The notes under the pieces: model-generated
Database searches by the model: none
What the model was told of the DNA's origin: nothing
What the model saw: only the letters and a program-made list of their open reading frames with translations
Origin: an uncultured virus (IMG/VR IMGVR_UViG_3300028196_001171)
Taxonomy: Duplodnaviria > Heunggongvirae > Uroviricota > Caudoviricetes
IMG/VR virus record: IMGVR_UViG_3300028196_001171
DNA length: 55,066 bases
Strand: one strand, 5' to 3'
Shown: in pieces, positions 9,867 through 22,000 of the stretch
Layout: every line of letters begins with the position of its first letter
Numbering within the stretch: the stretch's first letter is position 1
Made by a program: the position numbers and the translations under genes

Positions 9867-12704
9867 ATGGGTTTGAAAGTAAACAAAAAAAGTTTAAAAC
9901 AACAAGGAGGACAGATGATACCTGAGCAACCTGGGATGCAGCAGCAAACGCAGCAACCACAGGTTGATCCAAAGGTTATGGAAATAACTAAAGTCATAAG
10001 TCAATCAGTTCAAGAAGGTCAAGATCCTAAAGATGTTATTTCAGGTCTGCTAGAAAATCAAGTTGATTCTCAGATGATTGCGCAAGCATTGATGGTTGCA
10101 GGAATGAAAGAAGAACAAATAATAGCTTTATTTGAATCCATTGAAGAATCTAATCAACCTTCACAGCCTGAGCAAGTAACCAACAATCCTCAATTACTTG
10201 CAAGGAATGAAAGTTTACAAACTCAAAATCAGCAAGAATCTCCTGAAGAGCAGATGATGATGCCAACAGCACAGTATGGTACAGAAACAATTGATGATTA
10301 CTGGCAAAATAAAGATGGTGACATTGAAATGCAAGAACTAGATGAAGTTACTGTAAAAGCAGATAATAGATCATTTTTAAAAAAATTAACAGATAATGCG
10401 TTGTATCAAATCAATCCTTTATATATGGCTGATGATGCATTACAGATATTAGGTATACCTGCTAACTTTATAAGAGAAGGTGTACAAGGAGTTTTTGACA
10501 AAGGAGATGGTACATTTGATTGGGGTAATATTATACCAGATATACGTAACACTACTATATTAGATGATGACCCGTCTCAAGAGGGTGTATCTAAATCATT
10601 AGGTGTAGATAATTTTTGGGGAGCAATGGCAACAGATATGCTATTAGATCCTACTACATATTTTGGTGCAGGTGTTGTAAAAAATTTATTACAGAAAGGT
10701 GCTAAAAAAGGTGGTAAAAAAATTCTACCTGGTCTTATTAATAAAACTGAAGATGTAGTAAATCAATTTAAGTCTGCAGGAAAAGAACTACCTGATGACT
10801 TCAACATGCTTGATGCAATGAAGCAAAGTTTGGATGATGTAGATATAGATATGGATGCTGTTGAGAGAAAAGAGATAGAGGACTTTCTTGATTTATTTAA
10901 ACAAGATAAAGCAGCAAGAGCAGCAGAATCAGCTGAATCAGCAGCAGCAAAATCAGAAGCACGTGAGTTTCTTGATAACATGAAAAGACAAGATTACTTT
11001 GATGAGATTGCTGAATTTGAAGATCTTGACATAAAACATATGATAGATAGAGATGACATACCAACAGATGTCATTGAAAGATTAATAGAAAGCAGAAGAG
11101 GGAATTTGACAGAAGATCTTTTAGGAAATGAACAAGGTAGAAGTAGTCTTCTTGATGAATTCTTAAAAAGAAAAGATATACCTACAGATGTAAAATCTAA
11201 TATGATAGATGTAGATTATTTGAATCAAGCAGATAAAAGAAAAGGTATTATAGATATGCTAAACAATTCAGGTATCAATTCTGAATATTTCCCAACAGGC
11301 GGAGAACCTAGAAATTTTGCAGTTGGTGGAGAAAATCAATATGTAAATGGTGTTTATCTACCTGATGAAAAAGATATTGATAATAAATATTTAGATAAGA
11401 ATATTAATAGAGCTGTTGAGTATTACAGTGGTGTTGATCCTACTTTAGGTTTAGCTCCTTTAATGCCACCACCTAAAACAAATATATTTTTAGATACAAT
11501 ACAAACAGGTGTAAGTATGTTTGCAGATGCAAAAAGTGCATTTTCAGGATATAATGATAGACAAGAAGAATGGTCTAATAAGCTACCATCTTATTATAAG
11601 TACGATGTAAATACAGAAGGTGTATTTGAACCAGAGAATCAAATGAAAATTAAAGATTGGGCACAAACTCAATTTAATGAATGGCAAACAGAAACAGATA
11701 AAAATGTTGCAAATTCTAATACAGAAAAAGCAGGTATTTTAGGTACTACTGTAAACAAAATGATTAATGGTCAAACGTTTGAGGAATACAATAGAGAGCT
11801 AGGTCAAACAACAGTTGGTAAAACACCTGAAGAAATTGCTACTATGCAAGACCTATATAGAGCTGCAGCAAAAAAAGCTAGAGGTGGTGAGCAGTCTTTA
11901 CCAAAAGCACAATACAATCTTCCTGACTGGATGTATGGTGAAGATGGAGCTGAGTATGATATGGGTGGATCAGACTTTAATCCTTATACAGATAGTCTAC
12001 AGGATATGATGAAAAATTCTGGTCAAACAAACTATATGGAGGATTTAATGAATACTACACCTTCAAGAAAATCAAGTAATGCTTCAACACAACCTGCTCA
12101 ACAACCTGCTCAACCACCTGTTAGAACTGCAGATGATAAATTTAATGATATAACTTTACCAAAAGCTAGTGTGTCAAATCCTTTAAGTGGGACATTAGAT
12201 GCTATTGCAGACAGTCCATTATACAATGCTGCTACAGCAATGTCAAGTTTTGCTGTTAAAGGAGCTGGTTTTATTAATAGAAGGATAGCAGAGCGTGATT
12301 TTAAAAGACAATATGATAAGCTTGAGTTGATGGGTGGTGCTGATTTTGCTTATGATACTAAGATGTCTGATCCTATGAGTGAAGGTTATTATGGTTTAAA
12401 TGATGGACGTTTACAAGGAGAAGCCGAAAGAACAACTGGTTATTATATGAACTTTCAAGGGTCTCCTACACAGTTTGGTGGAGCAACCGGAACTGCAAAA
12501 AAGGGCGGTGAGTTTAAAGTACACATGATGTTTGATCCAGAATCAGGTAAAGGATATAAAGCTAATGAACCAGCTGATCATGAAAGAATGAAAAAATTAG
12601 GTTACCTTCATAAAGATGAAATGCAAGGTGGTGGGGAAATAGAAGTTGATAATGATACACTAGCTGCACTAATAGCAGCAGGTGCTGACATAGAAATATT
12701 ATAA
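9867..12704 (+). CDS. Putative virion internal/cargo protein, Gln-rich, modular
   Basis: 945-aa ORF with several xxGG(E) and PxAQYG motifs, located in the cargo block. Confidence 0.6.
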   Translation: MGLKVNKKSLKQQGGQMIPEQPGMQQQTQQPQVDPKVMEITKVISQSVQEGQDPKDVISGLLENQVDSQMIAQALMVAGMKEEQIIALFESIEESNQPSQPEQVTNNPQLLARNESLQTQNQQESPEEQMMMPTAQYGTETIDDYWQNKDGDIEMQELDEVTVKADNRSFLKKLTDNALYQINPLYMADDALQILGIPANFIREGVQGVFDKGDGTFDWGNIIPDIRNTTILDDDPSQEGVSKSLGVDNFWGAMATDMLLDPTTYFGAGVVKNLLQKGAKKGGKKILPGLINKTEDVVNQFKSAGKELPDDFNMLDAMKQSLDDVDIDMDAVERKEIEDFLDLFKQDKAARAAESAESAAAKSEAREFLDNMKRQDYFDEIAEFEDLDIKHMIDRDDIPTDVIERLIESRRGNLTEDLLGNEQGRSSLLDEFLKRKDIPTDVKSNMIDVDYLNQADKRKGIIDMLNNSGINSEYFPTGGEPRNFAVGGENQYVNGVYLPDEKDIDNKYLDKNINRAVEYYSGVDPTLGLAPLMPPPKTNIFLDTIQTGVSMFADAKSAFSGYNDRQEEWSNKLPSYYKYDVNTEGVFEPENQMKIKDWAQTQFNEWQTETDKNVANSNTEKAGILGTTVNKMINGQTFEEYNRELGQTTVGKTPEEIATMQDLYRAAAKKARGGEQSLPKAQYNLPDWMYGEDGAEYDMGGSDFNPYTDSLQDMMKNSGQTNYMEDLMNTTPSRKSSNASTQPAQQPAQPPVRTADDKFNDITLPKASVSNPLSGTLDAIADSPLYNAATAMSSFAVKGAGFINRRIAERDFKRQYDKLELMGGADFAYDTKMSDPMSEGYYGLNDGRLQGEAERTTGYYMNFQGSPTQFGGATGTAKKGGEFKVHMMFDPESGKGYKANEPADHERMKKLGYLHKDEMQGGGEIEVDNDTLAALIAAGADIEIL

Positions 12705-12706
12705 TT

Positions 12707-15556
12707 ATGGCAAAAGTTAGAATAAACAAATTACCTAAAGGCTTCCATATAGTTGATGGCAAAGTAAAGAAAAAAGCTTTAAAGAGAGATGGTGGAATGG
12801 TAACTGGCGATCAAGCAGACTATGGTTTAATTACAACACCACAAGAATACTATGGACAAACAAACTTTAACAATGATTTAGATGATTCAGTTAGATATAG
12901 TTTATCTAGTGTACCTAGGGATGAAGCAAACATTGAAGCTGAAGGTGGGGAGACTGTACTAACAGATTTAAGTGGTGATGGTCAATTTGGTTTATACAGT
13001 ATTACTGGACCAAGACACTCAAGCGGAGGTGTACCAATGTATTTGCCTGAGCAGTCTTTTATTTATTCTGATACTGCAGGATTAAAAATGGACAGAAATG
13101 AGCTTGCTGAGTTTGGTATAGAAAGCAGAAAAAAAATAACACCAGCACAAGTATCTAAAAGATATCAACTCAATCCTTTTTACGGAGTTATTAATGATCA
13201 GTATGCTGATATTATATCAACTACAAGTGCTGAATTAATGCTTAAGAAAAATATGAGTAACTTGTCAAAGCTAGCCTTTGGTCAAGAAGTCAAAAAGAAT
13301 TTTGAAGATGGAGTGCCTTTAGCATCATATCCATACTTAGTAGAAAAAGGTATTGACCCAATTGAGTTTGCCGCTACAGTAGAAGAATCAACAAGACAAA
13401 AACAAGAGTTAGAATTATTAGCATCACTACCACCAGAGCAACAGCAAAAAATGTTGCAGATGCAAGCTATGATGGAAAACATAGATGGACAACCACAGCA
13501 ACAAGAAGTTGTTGATCCACAGATGTCAGATCCTAATAGTCAGATCCAACCAACACCAGAAGAAATGGGTCAAGCTCCAGCTGCAGAGTTTCAAAAAGGT
13601 GGAGAAAAAGCTTCTGAATATGCTAAGCGTAAAGGTCAAGAATGGCCTAAAGGTGTTAAAGATCCTACTTTTGATGGTAAGGTTTGGGTATTTGATGATG
13701 GTACCCCTCCTCTAAGTAAATCAGCTGCTATGCAATTAGCAATGACCGTTAAGGGAACAGGTAATATTCCAGAATTATATAGAACTGAAGATATAGAATT
13801 TGAAGAGCAAGAAACAGTTCAGCCAACAGTTCAACCAGATACAGAAGCTAAAACTGATGTTGAAGATGGTGCTATAGATGATTCAGGTACTGGTGTTACT
13901 ACTTCAACAGCAAAAGCTATTGATGAAAACCCTTTACCAAAAACACATCCTCAATGGCAAGAGTTTGAAGATGCTATAAATAATGGTTATAAAATTGTTG
14001 CCACTAGAGATGAAACACAAGGTGTTACAAACTATGAAGCTATAGAAGTTTTACCTGCTAACAAGTTTGAAAATTTTGTTCAGAATGAACAGAAACAACT
14101 AGAAACAAAAGGAACAGGTAGTGTAAGTGTTATTAGTGATGAAGATGCATCTTTAAATTCTGTATATGAAGGATCAAATGATAATAATGTTAGAATAAGA
14201 AAAGGAATGTATTCCAATCAGGATAGACCTATGTCTCAAGGTTGGATGGGAGAAGAGTCTAATTCTTTTGGTGGTGACTTTACAACTCCTGAAGCCGAAG
14301 CTGATTTTAATTTACGTTATGGTGATGATCTAAAAACTATGATGCCTGAATTTAATTATCAAATGAAGTCAGGTTTATGGAAGAATGGTAAACCTGTAAA
14401 TGATCAAGCTAGAAAATATAAAGCACATTGGACTCAGGCACAGACTTTAATGCAAGAAATAGAAAATAAAAACCATTATGAGATATTTGGAAAAGATGCA
14501 AAAAGTAAACCTAGAATATTATTCCCATGTAGTGGAGATAGACCAGGAACATGTGTAGATGGCAAATTAGGTTTTGATACTTTTAATAAAGGTAGAACAT
14601 ATGTACGTGTACAGAAACCAAATATATTAAATGCTAGTGTTGAAGATGAAAGAACACCAGCAAGTAGTGGAGACATAATAACAGAAAAACAACCAATGCC
14701 TGATTGGTGGTGGCAAGACCTAAATAATATAGCAACACAAAACTCATTAGAGAATCCGTTGTTTATGCCTAATGTGACTAAACTACCACAAGAAAGAATA
14801 AACTATGTTCTTGATGATTGGACTGCGAAAGTAAATGCAATAAATGCAAATACTGGTCAATATATGAAAAACCTTAGAGGATATGGTAAAGGTAGTGTGG
14901 CTGGTACAAATGCATTTGGTAAAGGTGCAGAAGAAGCAGTAAAAGCAATTGCTGGTACTAATACTAATAATGTAGGCATTATGAATAATGCTGCAAGAAC
15001 GCAAGCTGATCTTAATTTAAGAACAGGAGTTTTTAATGCTAAACAACAAGATGCAGAGTATGATGGCAGTGTAAGAGCATTGCAAAGATTTGTTGATTTT
15101 GAAAACTGGGATAAAAAGGAATCTAATAAATTATATAATGATGCTATTACAAACAGAGCAAATACATATAATTTAAATATGCTTAAAGACTACATGGAAA
15201 TAGATCCAAGCATTGGTGGTATGCAAGTTAAAAAAGCAGATAAACCTCTTGTAGCAAATAAGGATGACCGTGAGGATTGGCAGATAAGACAAGATAGACT
15301 GATAGAGATTGATAAAAAAACATCTGAACTTTATCCCAATGCTACAGTAGATGAGAGGATGAAAATGAATCAATATTTCTTAGATGGCACACCTTTAACA
15401 GGTAAAAAAACAGAAAGAAGAAATCCTTCATCTGAAGAAGATAATAATGATTTTAATATTCCTTCAGTTACAGTACCAAATACAACAGTTGGTAAGAAAG
15501 GTGGTAGCATGAAACGTTTTGCAAACCCTTTCTATACAGGTAAGATGGGGATATAA
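12707..15556 (+). CDS. Putative virion internal/cargo protein
   Basis: 949-aa ORF. NIEAEGGETV and GPRHSSGGVP motifs are typical of phage internal proteins. It also has KRDGG, FQKGGE and KKGG motifs. Confidence 0.6.
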   Translation: MAKVRINKLPKGFHIVDGKVKKKALKRDGGMVTGDQADYGLITTPQEYYGQTNFNNDLDDSVRYSLSSVPRDEANIEAEGGETVLTDLSGDGQFGLYSITGPRHSSGGVPMYLPEQSFIYSDTAGLKMDRNELAEFGIESRKKITPAQVSKRYQLNPFYGVINDQYADIISTTSAELMLKKNMSNLSKLAFGQEVKKNFEDGVPLASYPYLVEKGIDPIEFAATVEESTRQKQELELLASLPPEQQQKMLQMQAMMENIDGQPQQQEVVDPQMSDPNSQIQPTPEEMGQAPAAEFQKGGEKASEYAKRKGQEWPKGVKDPTFDGKVWVFDDGTPPLSKSAAMQLAMTVKGTGNIPELYRTEDIEFEEQETVQPTVQPDTEAKTDVEDGAIDDSGTGVTTSTAKAIDENPLPKTHPQWQEFEDAINNGYKIVATRDETQGVTNYEAIEVLPANKFENFVQNEQKQLETKGTGSVSVISDEDASLNSVYEGSNDNNVRIRKGMYSNQDRPMSQGWMGEESNSFGGDFTTPEAEADFNLRYGDDLKTMMPEFNYQMKSGLWKNGKPVNDQARKYKAHWTQAQTLMQEIENKNHYEIFGKDAKSKPRILFPCSGDRPGTCVDGKLGFDTFNKGRTYVRVQKPNILNASVEDERTPASSGDIITEKQPMPDWWWQDLNNIATQNSLENPLFMPNVTKLPQERINYVLDDWTAKVNAINANTGQYMKNLRGYGKGSVAGTNAFGKGAEEAVKAIAGTNTNNVGIMNNAARTQADLNLRTGVFNAKQQDAEYDGSVRALQRFVDFENWDKKESNKLYNDAITNRANTYNLNMLKDYMEIDPSIGGMQVKKADKPLVANKDDREDWQIRQDRLIEIDKKTSELYPNATVDERMKMNQYFLDGTPLTGKKTERRNPSSEEDNNDFNIPSVTVPNTTVGKKGGSMKRFANPFYTGKMGI

Positions 15557-15615
15557 ACATTAAAGGTTTATTTATTTTGGTAGGTAAACCTTATAAATTA
15601 TAGTAAATTTGAATT

Positions 15616-18600
15616 ATGGCTACATTTTTAAAAGGAGAAAAGAATTTTTACCCAGAGATTAAATCATTTACACCTGATTATAAGTTTCTCTCTGCAACAT
15701 TGGATGCAAGAGAAAGTAAATATTTATCTGGTTGGGAGGCTGCTAATGATACATATAGCAGAATGTATTCTGATTTAAGTCAAGAAGAAAATAGACAGTT
15801 TCAAAAACAGTTTATAGAAGATCTAACTCCAAAATTACAAAAGATATCTGGATTAGATTTTTCCATACAACAAAACGTAAATGCAGCTAAAGGGGTGTTT
15901 GCTCCTTTTTTTGAAGATGAGCGTGTTGTAAAAGATATAGTATATACTTCTACTTATAAAGATCAATTAAGATATGCTAGCCAACTGGCTAATAGTGCAG
16001 ACTTTGAAGTACGTCAAAAGTTTAACCCTATTGCTATGGAAGCAATGCAATTTAGAATGCAAGAGTTTCAAGAGGCAGATAGAGCTGCAACTTTAGGTAT
16101 GGCTTTACCTAAGTTTGTTGAAGATGCTGATTTAGTAAGAACAGCTAAAGATTATTTAAAAGAGAAGGGTCTCACAATGACGGTTGAGTATCCAAGTTTT
16201 GGAGATAAAGATGGAAAAGGTGCTGGTAATTTTTTAATCACTGATAAGAATGGTAAACTTATAGAAGGTCTAGCAAGGAATATGATTATGACAGATCTAC
16301 TAGATGATCCTAGAGTAAGACAATGGTATGATACAAGAACATATGTAGAAAGCATGAGATTTGCTAATAATGCATTAGAAGCAGGAGGTGTTCAATCAAA
16401 ACAAGAAGGCTTACAACTTTGGGCTAGTGAACAACTTAAAGTATTAGAAGAGATTAACTTTAACCAACAAGAGGATCTAAAAAAAGATATAGACAAAAGA
16501 CGAAATGCCACGGTTACTTGGGAATCTGTAAGAGGAGGTTCAGGTTTATTACCTGCAGAAAAAACTATACTTGAAAATAATAAATCAGCAGTAGAACAAT
16601 TACAAGCAGACTTAGACAGAAAGTTACAAGGATCAGAGTTTTTAGCAATGAATGATGTTGATAATACCGCATCACTGAGTAAGGCATACGCAATGTTAGG
16701 CCAACAATATATGATGCAAGATACTATGGAAGCTGCACGCCAGTATTCATATTTAGACTCTAGTACTGAATTAGAAGTAAATCAATTAAAGCAAGATGAG
16801 CTAAAACACCGATATACATTAAATGAAATTAAAACAAGAGCTTACTTTGACAGTGAACAATCTAAACAAGACTATGAAGAGTCATTTAAATTAAGTCAAC
16901 AACAGTATGAAGAAGATGTAGCTTTAGAACAATTAAAAGGTGCAATTGAAAAAGCCAATAAGGGTGATAACAGTAGTAAAACAGAAAGAAATAGATCTAG
17001 ATCAACAACTACATATGGTAATACAACTTCCTCTATATTTCAACTTGATGATGATGGTGAAATAATAAAAGATAATTATATAAATGAAAATGAAAATGCA
17101 ATAGCTACTAAGCAAAAGCAGATGATGTCACGCAAGAATGATCTTATTGTAGATATGTTTGCTGCAAGATATCCTGGCGCTGAAACTTATACTATTAATA
17201 CAGGAACAGTAGATGAGCCTGTTATGGAGCAAATGAATTCTAAAAGACTTAAAGAATTTTTAGCTACTAAACAAAAAGTTTATAACCCAAAGACTCAGCA
17301 AGAAGAAGATTCAGACAAGTTACAAAACTATGCTGCTATAGACAGAATATTCACAGAAATGACTGATTATTTTTCACCAGACAATGAAGAGAATGTATAT
17401 CAACAACATCCCAACTGGTTAATAGGAGATGATGGAGTTAGAAATACAGATGATGATAATCAAACTGATTACAGACTAATTCAAAATAAACTTTATAACT
17501 CTGATCCTACAAATCCATCTCAACAAGGATACTTTGAGGATGAAAAGCTTTTTAATCAAATGGTTGTAAAAAATGGTGAAGCATTTTATAATAATGCTAC
17601 AGCAGCATCAGCAGCCATTCAAGAAACGGATAAGGATTTTAAAAAAATGATTACTGAATTAAACTATCCAACACCATATGTAATTGATAATGGTATTAAG
17701 AGAGTCATGCCTAGAAATGAGTACATGAAAAAATTCAGAGATATGGCTCTTAAAGGGGAAATAGAAAACTTTGATGGAGAAGGCTTTGGTCAAACAAGTG
17801 ATGGGGATAGTAATCCAGATTGGTATGACAAACAAGTGACATTACTTCCTGTGAAGGCTTCGACAGGAACAATGCCTGTTCCAGTGATAGTGAATAAACC
17901 AGATGAAGATGCTATTAAAGGTAAGTCTGCGTATATATATGATAAGCTTGTCACACAGATGCAGAAAAATTTTGGGTCTCAAGACTATAAAACATATTTG
18001 CAAATACAAAGACAAGTATTAGGTCTTCCTGGAACTAACATGGGTTTTACACAAACAGAAAGCGTTTATACCAATGGCACCCCTTTACCAAATTCTGATG
18101 CAGAAAGAGTAACAAATACAATGATCAATCAGTTTAGACAAACTTATGCAGATCCAACTCAAATAGGTGGGGTAATTATGGAATTGCCAAATACAATAGA
18201 AGATATAACTGATATTAATATTTTAGCTCCAGATGTAACTAGTAATGAAGCTATAGCAGGAAGAATTTTATTTAATGAATTAGTACTAAAAGGAGGAGAT
18301 GTAGATTCAAAATATAAAATAGAATACTTTCAAAATATTGGTCCAGATAGATTTGATGATGAAGGTAAAAAAATTTCAACTCCTATGGCAGGATATAAAA
18401 TATCTGAAATAGACCAAAAATTTATAGAAGCTTTAGACCCTGATGGTGGTGCTTCTCCTCTTAATGCTGATCAGTATATAATAGCAAAAAAAATGAATAA
18501 AGAAGGGTTTGTGTTTTTATTTCCAAGAGATAAAGATATTAGTCCGGGCAGCTATGCAAAAAGTGCTGAGGGTTCAAACATTAAAAAAAGATTAGATTTA

Positions 18601-19026
18601 AGTGAAAACGGAACATTTAAGTATTCAATACCAGGTCAAATATTTTCTCCGGGTAATGTTATATTTAAAGAGATTGTTCCCGGTAAGATTCAAGTAACAA
18701 TGAATGTTAATACCTATGACCCTACATCTAATAATTCAGCAAAGCAATATAAAACTAAACAAATTGTTCAAAATATTATTTATGATCCAGGAGAGAATTA
18801 TACTGTAGGTCTTAATGAAAAATATAATAATATTAAACAAGTGCTTGAGTTAACCAATAGTAACAATAATCTTAAAATGTATGATATGAGAGCTAAAGAT
18901 CTTTCTAAAGTAAAATGGATAGAAGGATTTAAGACTAACAACCCAGGTTTGTCAGAAGCAGAATATGAACGCCAATATCAACAAGCATTAGACTTTGCTA
19001 AAATTAATAGCAAAACAAACGAATAA
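15616..19026 (+). CDS. Large helical ejection/cargo protein upstream of the virion RNAP
   Basis: 1136-aa ORF; synteny matches the large-gene triplet of crAss-like phages. Confidence 0.55.
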   Translation: MATFLKGEKNFYPEIKSFTPDYKFLSATLDARESKYLSGWEAANDTYSRMYSDLSQEENRQFQKQFIEDLTPKLQKISGLDFSIQQNVNAAKGVFAPFFEDERVVKDIVYTSTYKDQLRYASQLANSADFEVRQKFNPIAMEAMQFRMQEFQEADRAATLGMALPKFVEDADLVRTAKDYLKEKGLTMTVEYPSFGDKDGKGAGNFLITDKNGKLIEGLARNMIMTDLLDDPRVRQWYDTRTYVESMRFANNALEAGGVQSKQEGLQLWASEQLKVLEEINFNQQEDLKKDIDKRRNATVTWESVRGGSGLLPAEKTILENNKSAVEQLQADLDRKLQGSEFLAMNDVDNTASLSKAYAMLGQQYMMQDTMEAARQYSYLDSSTELEVNQLKQDELKHRYTLNEIKTRAYFDSEQSKQDYEESFKLSQQQYEEDVALEQLKGAIEKANKGDNSSKTERNRSRSTTTYGNTTSSIFQLDDDGEIIKDNYINENENAIATKQKQMMSRKNDLIVDMFAARYPGAETYTINTGTVDEPVMEQMNSKRLKEFLATKQKVYNPKTQQEEDSDKLQNYAAIDRIFTEMTDYFSPDNEENVYQQHPNWLIGDDGVRNTDDDNQTDYRLIQNKLYNSDPTNPSQQGYFEDEKLFNQMVVKNGEAFYNNATAASAAIQETDKDFKKMITELNYPTPYVIDNGIKRVMPRNEYMKKFRDMALKGEIENFDGEGFGQTSDGDSNPDWYDKQVTLLPVKASTGTMPVPVIVNKPDEDAIKGKSAYIYDKLVTQMQKNFGSQDYKTYLQIQRQVLGLPGTNMGFTQTESVYTNGTPLPNSDAERVTNTMINQFRQTYADPTQIGGVIMELPNTIEDITDINILAPDVTSNEAIAGRILFNELVLKGGDVDSKYKIEYFQNIGPDRFDDEGKKISTPMAGYKISEIDQKFIEALDPDGGASPLNADQYIIAKKMNKEGFVFLFPRDKDISPGSYAKSAEGSNIKKRLDLSENGTFKYSIPGQIFSPGNVIFKEIVPGKIQVTMNVNTYDPTSNNSAKQYKTKQIVQNIIYDPGENYTVGLNEKYNNIKQVLELTNSNNNLKMYDMRAKDLSKVKWIEGFKTNNPGLSEAEYERQYQQALDFAKINSKTNE

Positions 19027-19036
19027 GTAAATCAAC

Positions 19037-22000
19037 ATGGAAGAAGTAAACAAAAATTTACCTAGTTCAGGGAATAACTTAACAGATCAAATACTAGCAG
19101 ATACTACAGCTTTGAATCCTATTGATTCATCTAAGCCTTATGTATCTATTACTGATATAATGGATGATGATCCAACAGCTGTCAGTGATGAGTATAAAAA
19201 TATGATATCTGCTTATCAAACTGATATAGATAAATTTGGACCTATTAATATGGGTAATATTAATAGTGACCTACCTTCTCCTACATTCTCAACTCTACCA
19301 AATCAGAATACTGATACTTATGAGTCTCAAATGGATAGCCTGATAAAATCAATCGGGTCTCCTATGGTAAAGGAAGAGGGTGCTTTAGGGAAACCTATAT
19401 TTGAAAATGTTAGATCTTTAAATTTTGATAGACAGTATCAGTCAGAAGCTTTTGGTGATATAGGCTTTACACCATATGCAGATATGGATGATGTCTATAA
19501 TCAAAACATGACAGCTTATGATGGATGGCAAAGAGGATGGGAGCAGTTTCAACATCTTGCTGGTACAGGATTTGTATCAAGTTACAGATCAATTGCGGAT
19601 TTCTTTGATGGTGATGATTATTTGAGTTCTCCAGATTTAACTTCCGCATATGAAATGGAAGATGCAATGAGAATAGGAGGTAGTACTGATGGTTCTTTTA
19701 TTGGTAAAGCAGGAAACTTAGGTCTTAATTTTGGTTATACTGCAGGGATTGTAGCATCAGTAGCCTTTGAAGAAGTTATAATGGCTGCGGCTGCAGCTGC
19801 TGGTACCCTACCAAGTGGAGGTAGTAGCTGGGCTGCATTTGGGGCTGGCACTCTAAACAACTTAAGAAAACTAGGTAATCTTTTTGACGTATCTAGAGCA
19901 GCAAAGGCATCAAGAGATTTAGTAAAAACACTAAAAAATATTGAGAATGCAAGAAGTTTTTATAATGTATCAAGAGGTGTTGCTTCAGCAGGATTAAAAT
20001 TTGTAGCACCAGAGTTAACTCATGCTATTAAAAACTGGAAGACTACAGGTAACACAGCAAAGAATTTACTTAACATAGGAAAGAATACACATGTATTTGG
20101 TGCGTTTTATAGAGATATGAGAATGGTTAATGCTTCAATGTCTGAGTCTAAAATGGAAGCAGGTATGGTATTTAATCAAATTGAAATGAATGGTTTAAAT
20201 TATTTCAATTATAAGAATGGAGCCGGAAAAGGTATTACAGAAGAGCAAGCTAAAAATACAAGAATAAAAGCTGCTGAAGGAGCTTTCAAAGCTCAAATGA
20301 GAAACTTCTTAATTATACATGCATCAAATAGAATAGTATTAAAAAATGCATTTGGGGGTTGGCAAAGAAAACTAAATCAAGAAGCACAAAGAGTTTTAAG
20401 AGGAACAGGTGGTAAAGCAATAAAAGCAGAAAAGTATTTATTTAAACGTATACCTCAAGAACTAAATTTAGCATTTAAAACTCAAGGCTGGAAAGGTGTT
20501 CCTAAAGTATTAGGTAGTCAGATGTTAAAGTATGCAGCAGCTAATTTGGCTGAAGGTGTACAAGAAGTTTCTCAGGAAGCAATATCTGCTGCTACTATTG
20601 GATATTATAGTTCTTTATTAAGAGATCCTTTAGCAGGTGCACCATCTACCTATGGTGCTTTTGGTCAGCAGGCTGTAGGTAATGTATTTTCAAAAGAAGG
20701 GGCAGAAGTATTTGCATCTGGATTTTTTATGGGTGGTTTAGCTGGTCCTTACCAACAAGTATTATTTCAGGGAATGCCTGCTATATTCAGAAAAGGCCAA
20801 TCTATTTATAATAAAAGTACAGTTAAAGAAGGTGAGACAGCAGCAGATCCTTATACTGAGTATAATGCTGCAAGAGAAAAAGCAGTAGACGATGTTGTCA
20901 ATTACATCAATAAGATTAATGATCAGCAGATGAATGCTGAAAAACCATTAGAAGCTATATTAAGTGAGAACCAATTGAAGTTGACTTTGCAAAAACAACA
21001 ACAAGGTCTTATGAACTTAAATATTGCAATGGGTGATAAGAAAGAGTATTTTGATAATAGAAATTTTGCTGAGTTTGATGCATTAAAAAAAGCATTTGAT
21101 ACAGGATCTATTGTATTTTTAAAAGACAATCTTGTTAATTTAAATAAACTAAATGATAAAGAGTTAGTTGATGCATTTAAAGGAAGCGGTAGAAGTGCTA
21201 AATCATTAAGAAATAAAATATCAACTCAATTAGAAAGAATAGATTCTTTTGGAAAAACTGTTACTGATAATCTAGGTGGTATTTTTCCAACTAAATATGA
21301 TCCTAAACAGTTTGATCCAGGTACTGAGGAGTTTATTAAAGAGTCTTTTAAACTTCAAGCATATGAGCAAACAAAATTGCTTTATATGTTTACTAATGAG
21401 TCTTTTAAAAATGCAGCAATAAGACAGTCTGAAATAGAAAATAGACTAGAAACAGAACCACTTATTGCCAATCAAGGAGCAACTGATATAAGATTACTAT
21501 ACACTAAAGATACAATAGAACAAGAGATCAAAACTTTAGAAACAGAGATAGACGCATATGAGGATACTACAGAAGGGAATAAATTAAAATCAAAAAAACA
21601 AAAGAAAAAGAAAGCATTAGAAAAGTATCTTAAGATATTTACTGATCCTAAAAACTTAACAAAGAAAGGTTACTTTGCTAGAAACAAAGTAAAAACATCT
21701 GGTTTAGATACAGCATTTAAAAACTATATTGAAGCATTAGCAGACAAGTCTAGTGATTTTGTAGACTACGGTAAGATAAAAGAAGCTTTAACTTTAATTA
21801 CTGATCATGTAGCCTTACAAGAAGATGCTTCTGCATATAGTAAATCAGTTGACCTTTTAACTAATCCAAAAGTCCAAGAGCAATTAGAAGAAAGAGCCAC
21901 GGAATATCTTGAGTATATATATAAAAATAGAAAGACAATATATAAAAGACAGACTGAAGCATTTATAGATAGTGTTGAAAAAACTAAATTATTAAATGGA

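Noticed and set aside
12089..12120. 12-nt tandem repeat encoding QPAQQPAQPP
   Set aside because: Ordinary low-complexity linker.
15561..15594. Inverted repeat AAGGTTTA/TAAACCTT as a terminator
   Set aside because: Weak AT-rich stem, long loop and no U tail; kept only as a possible operator word.
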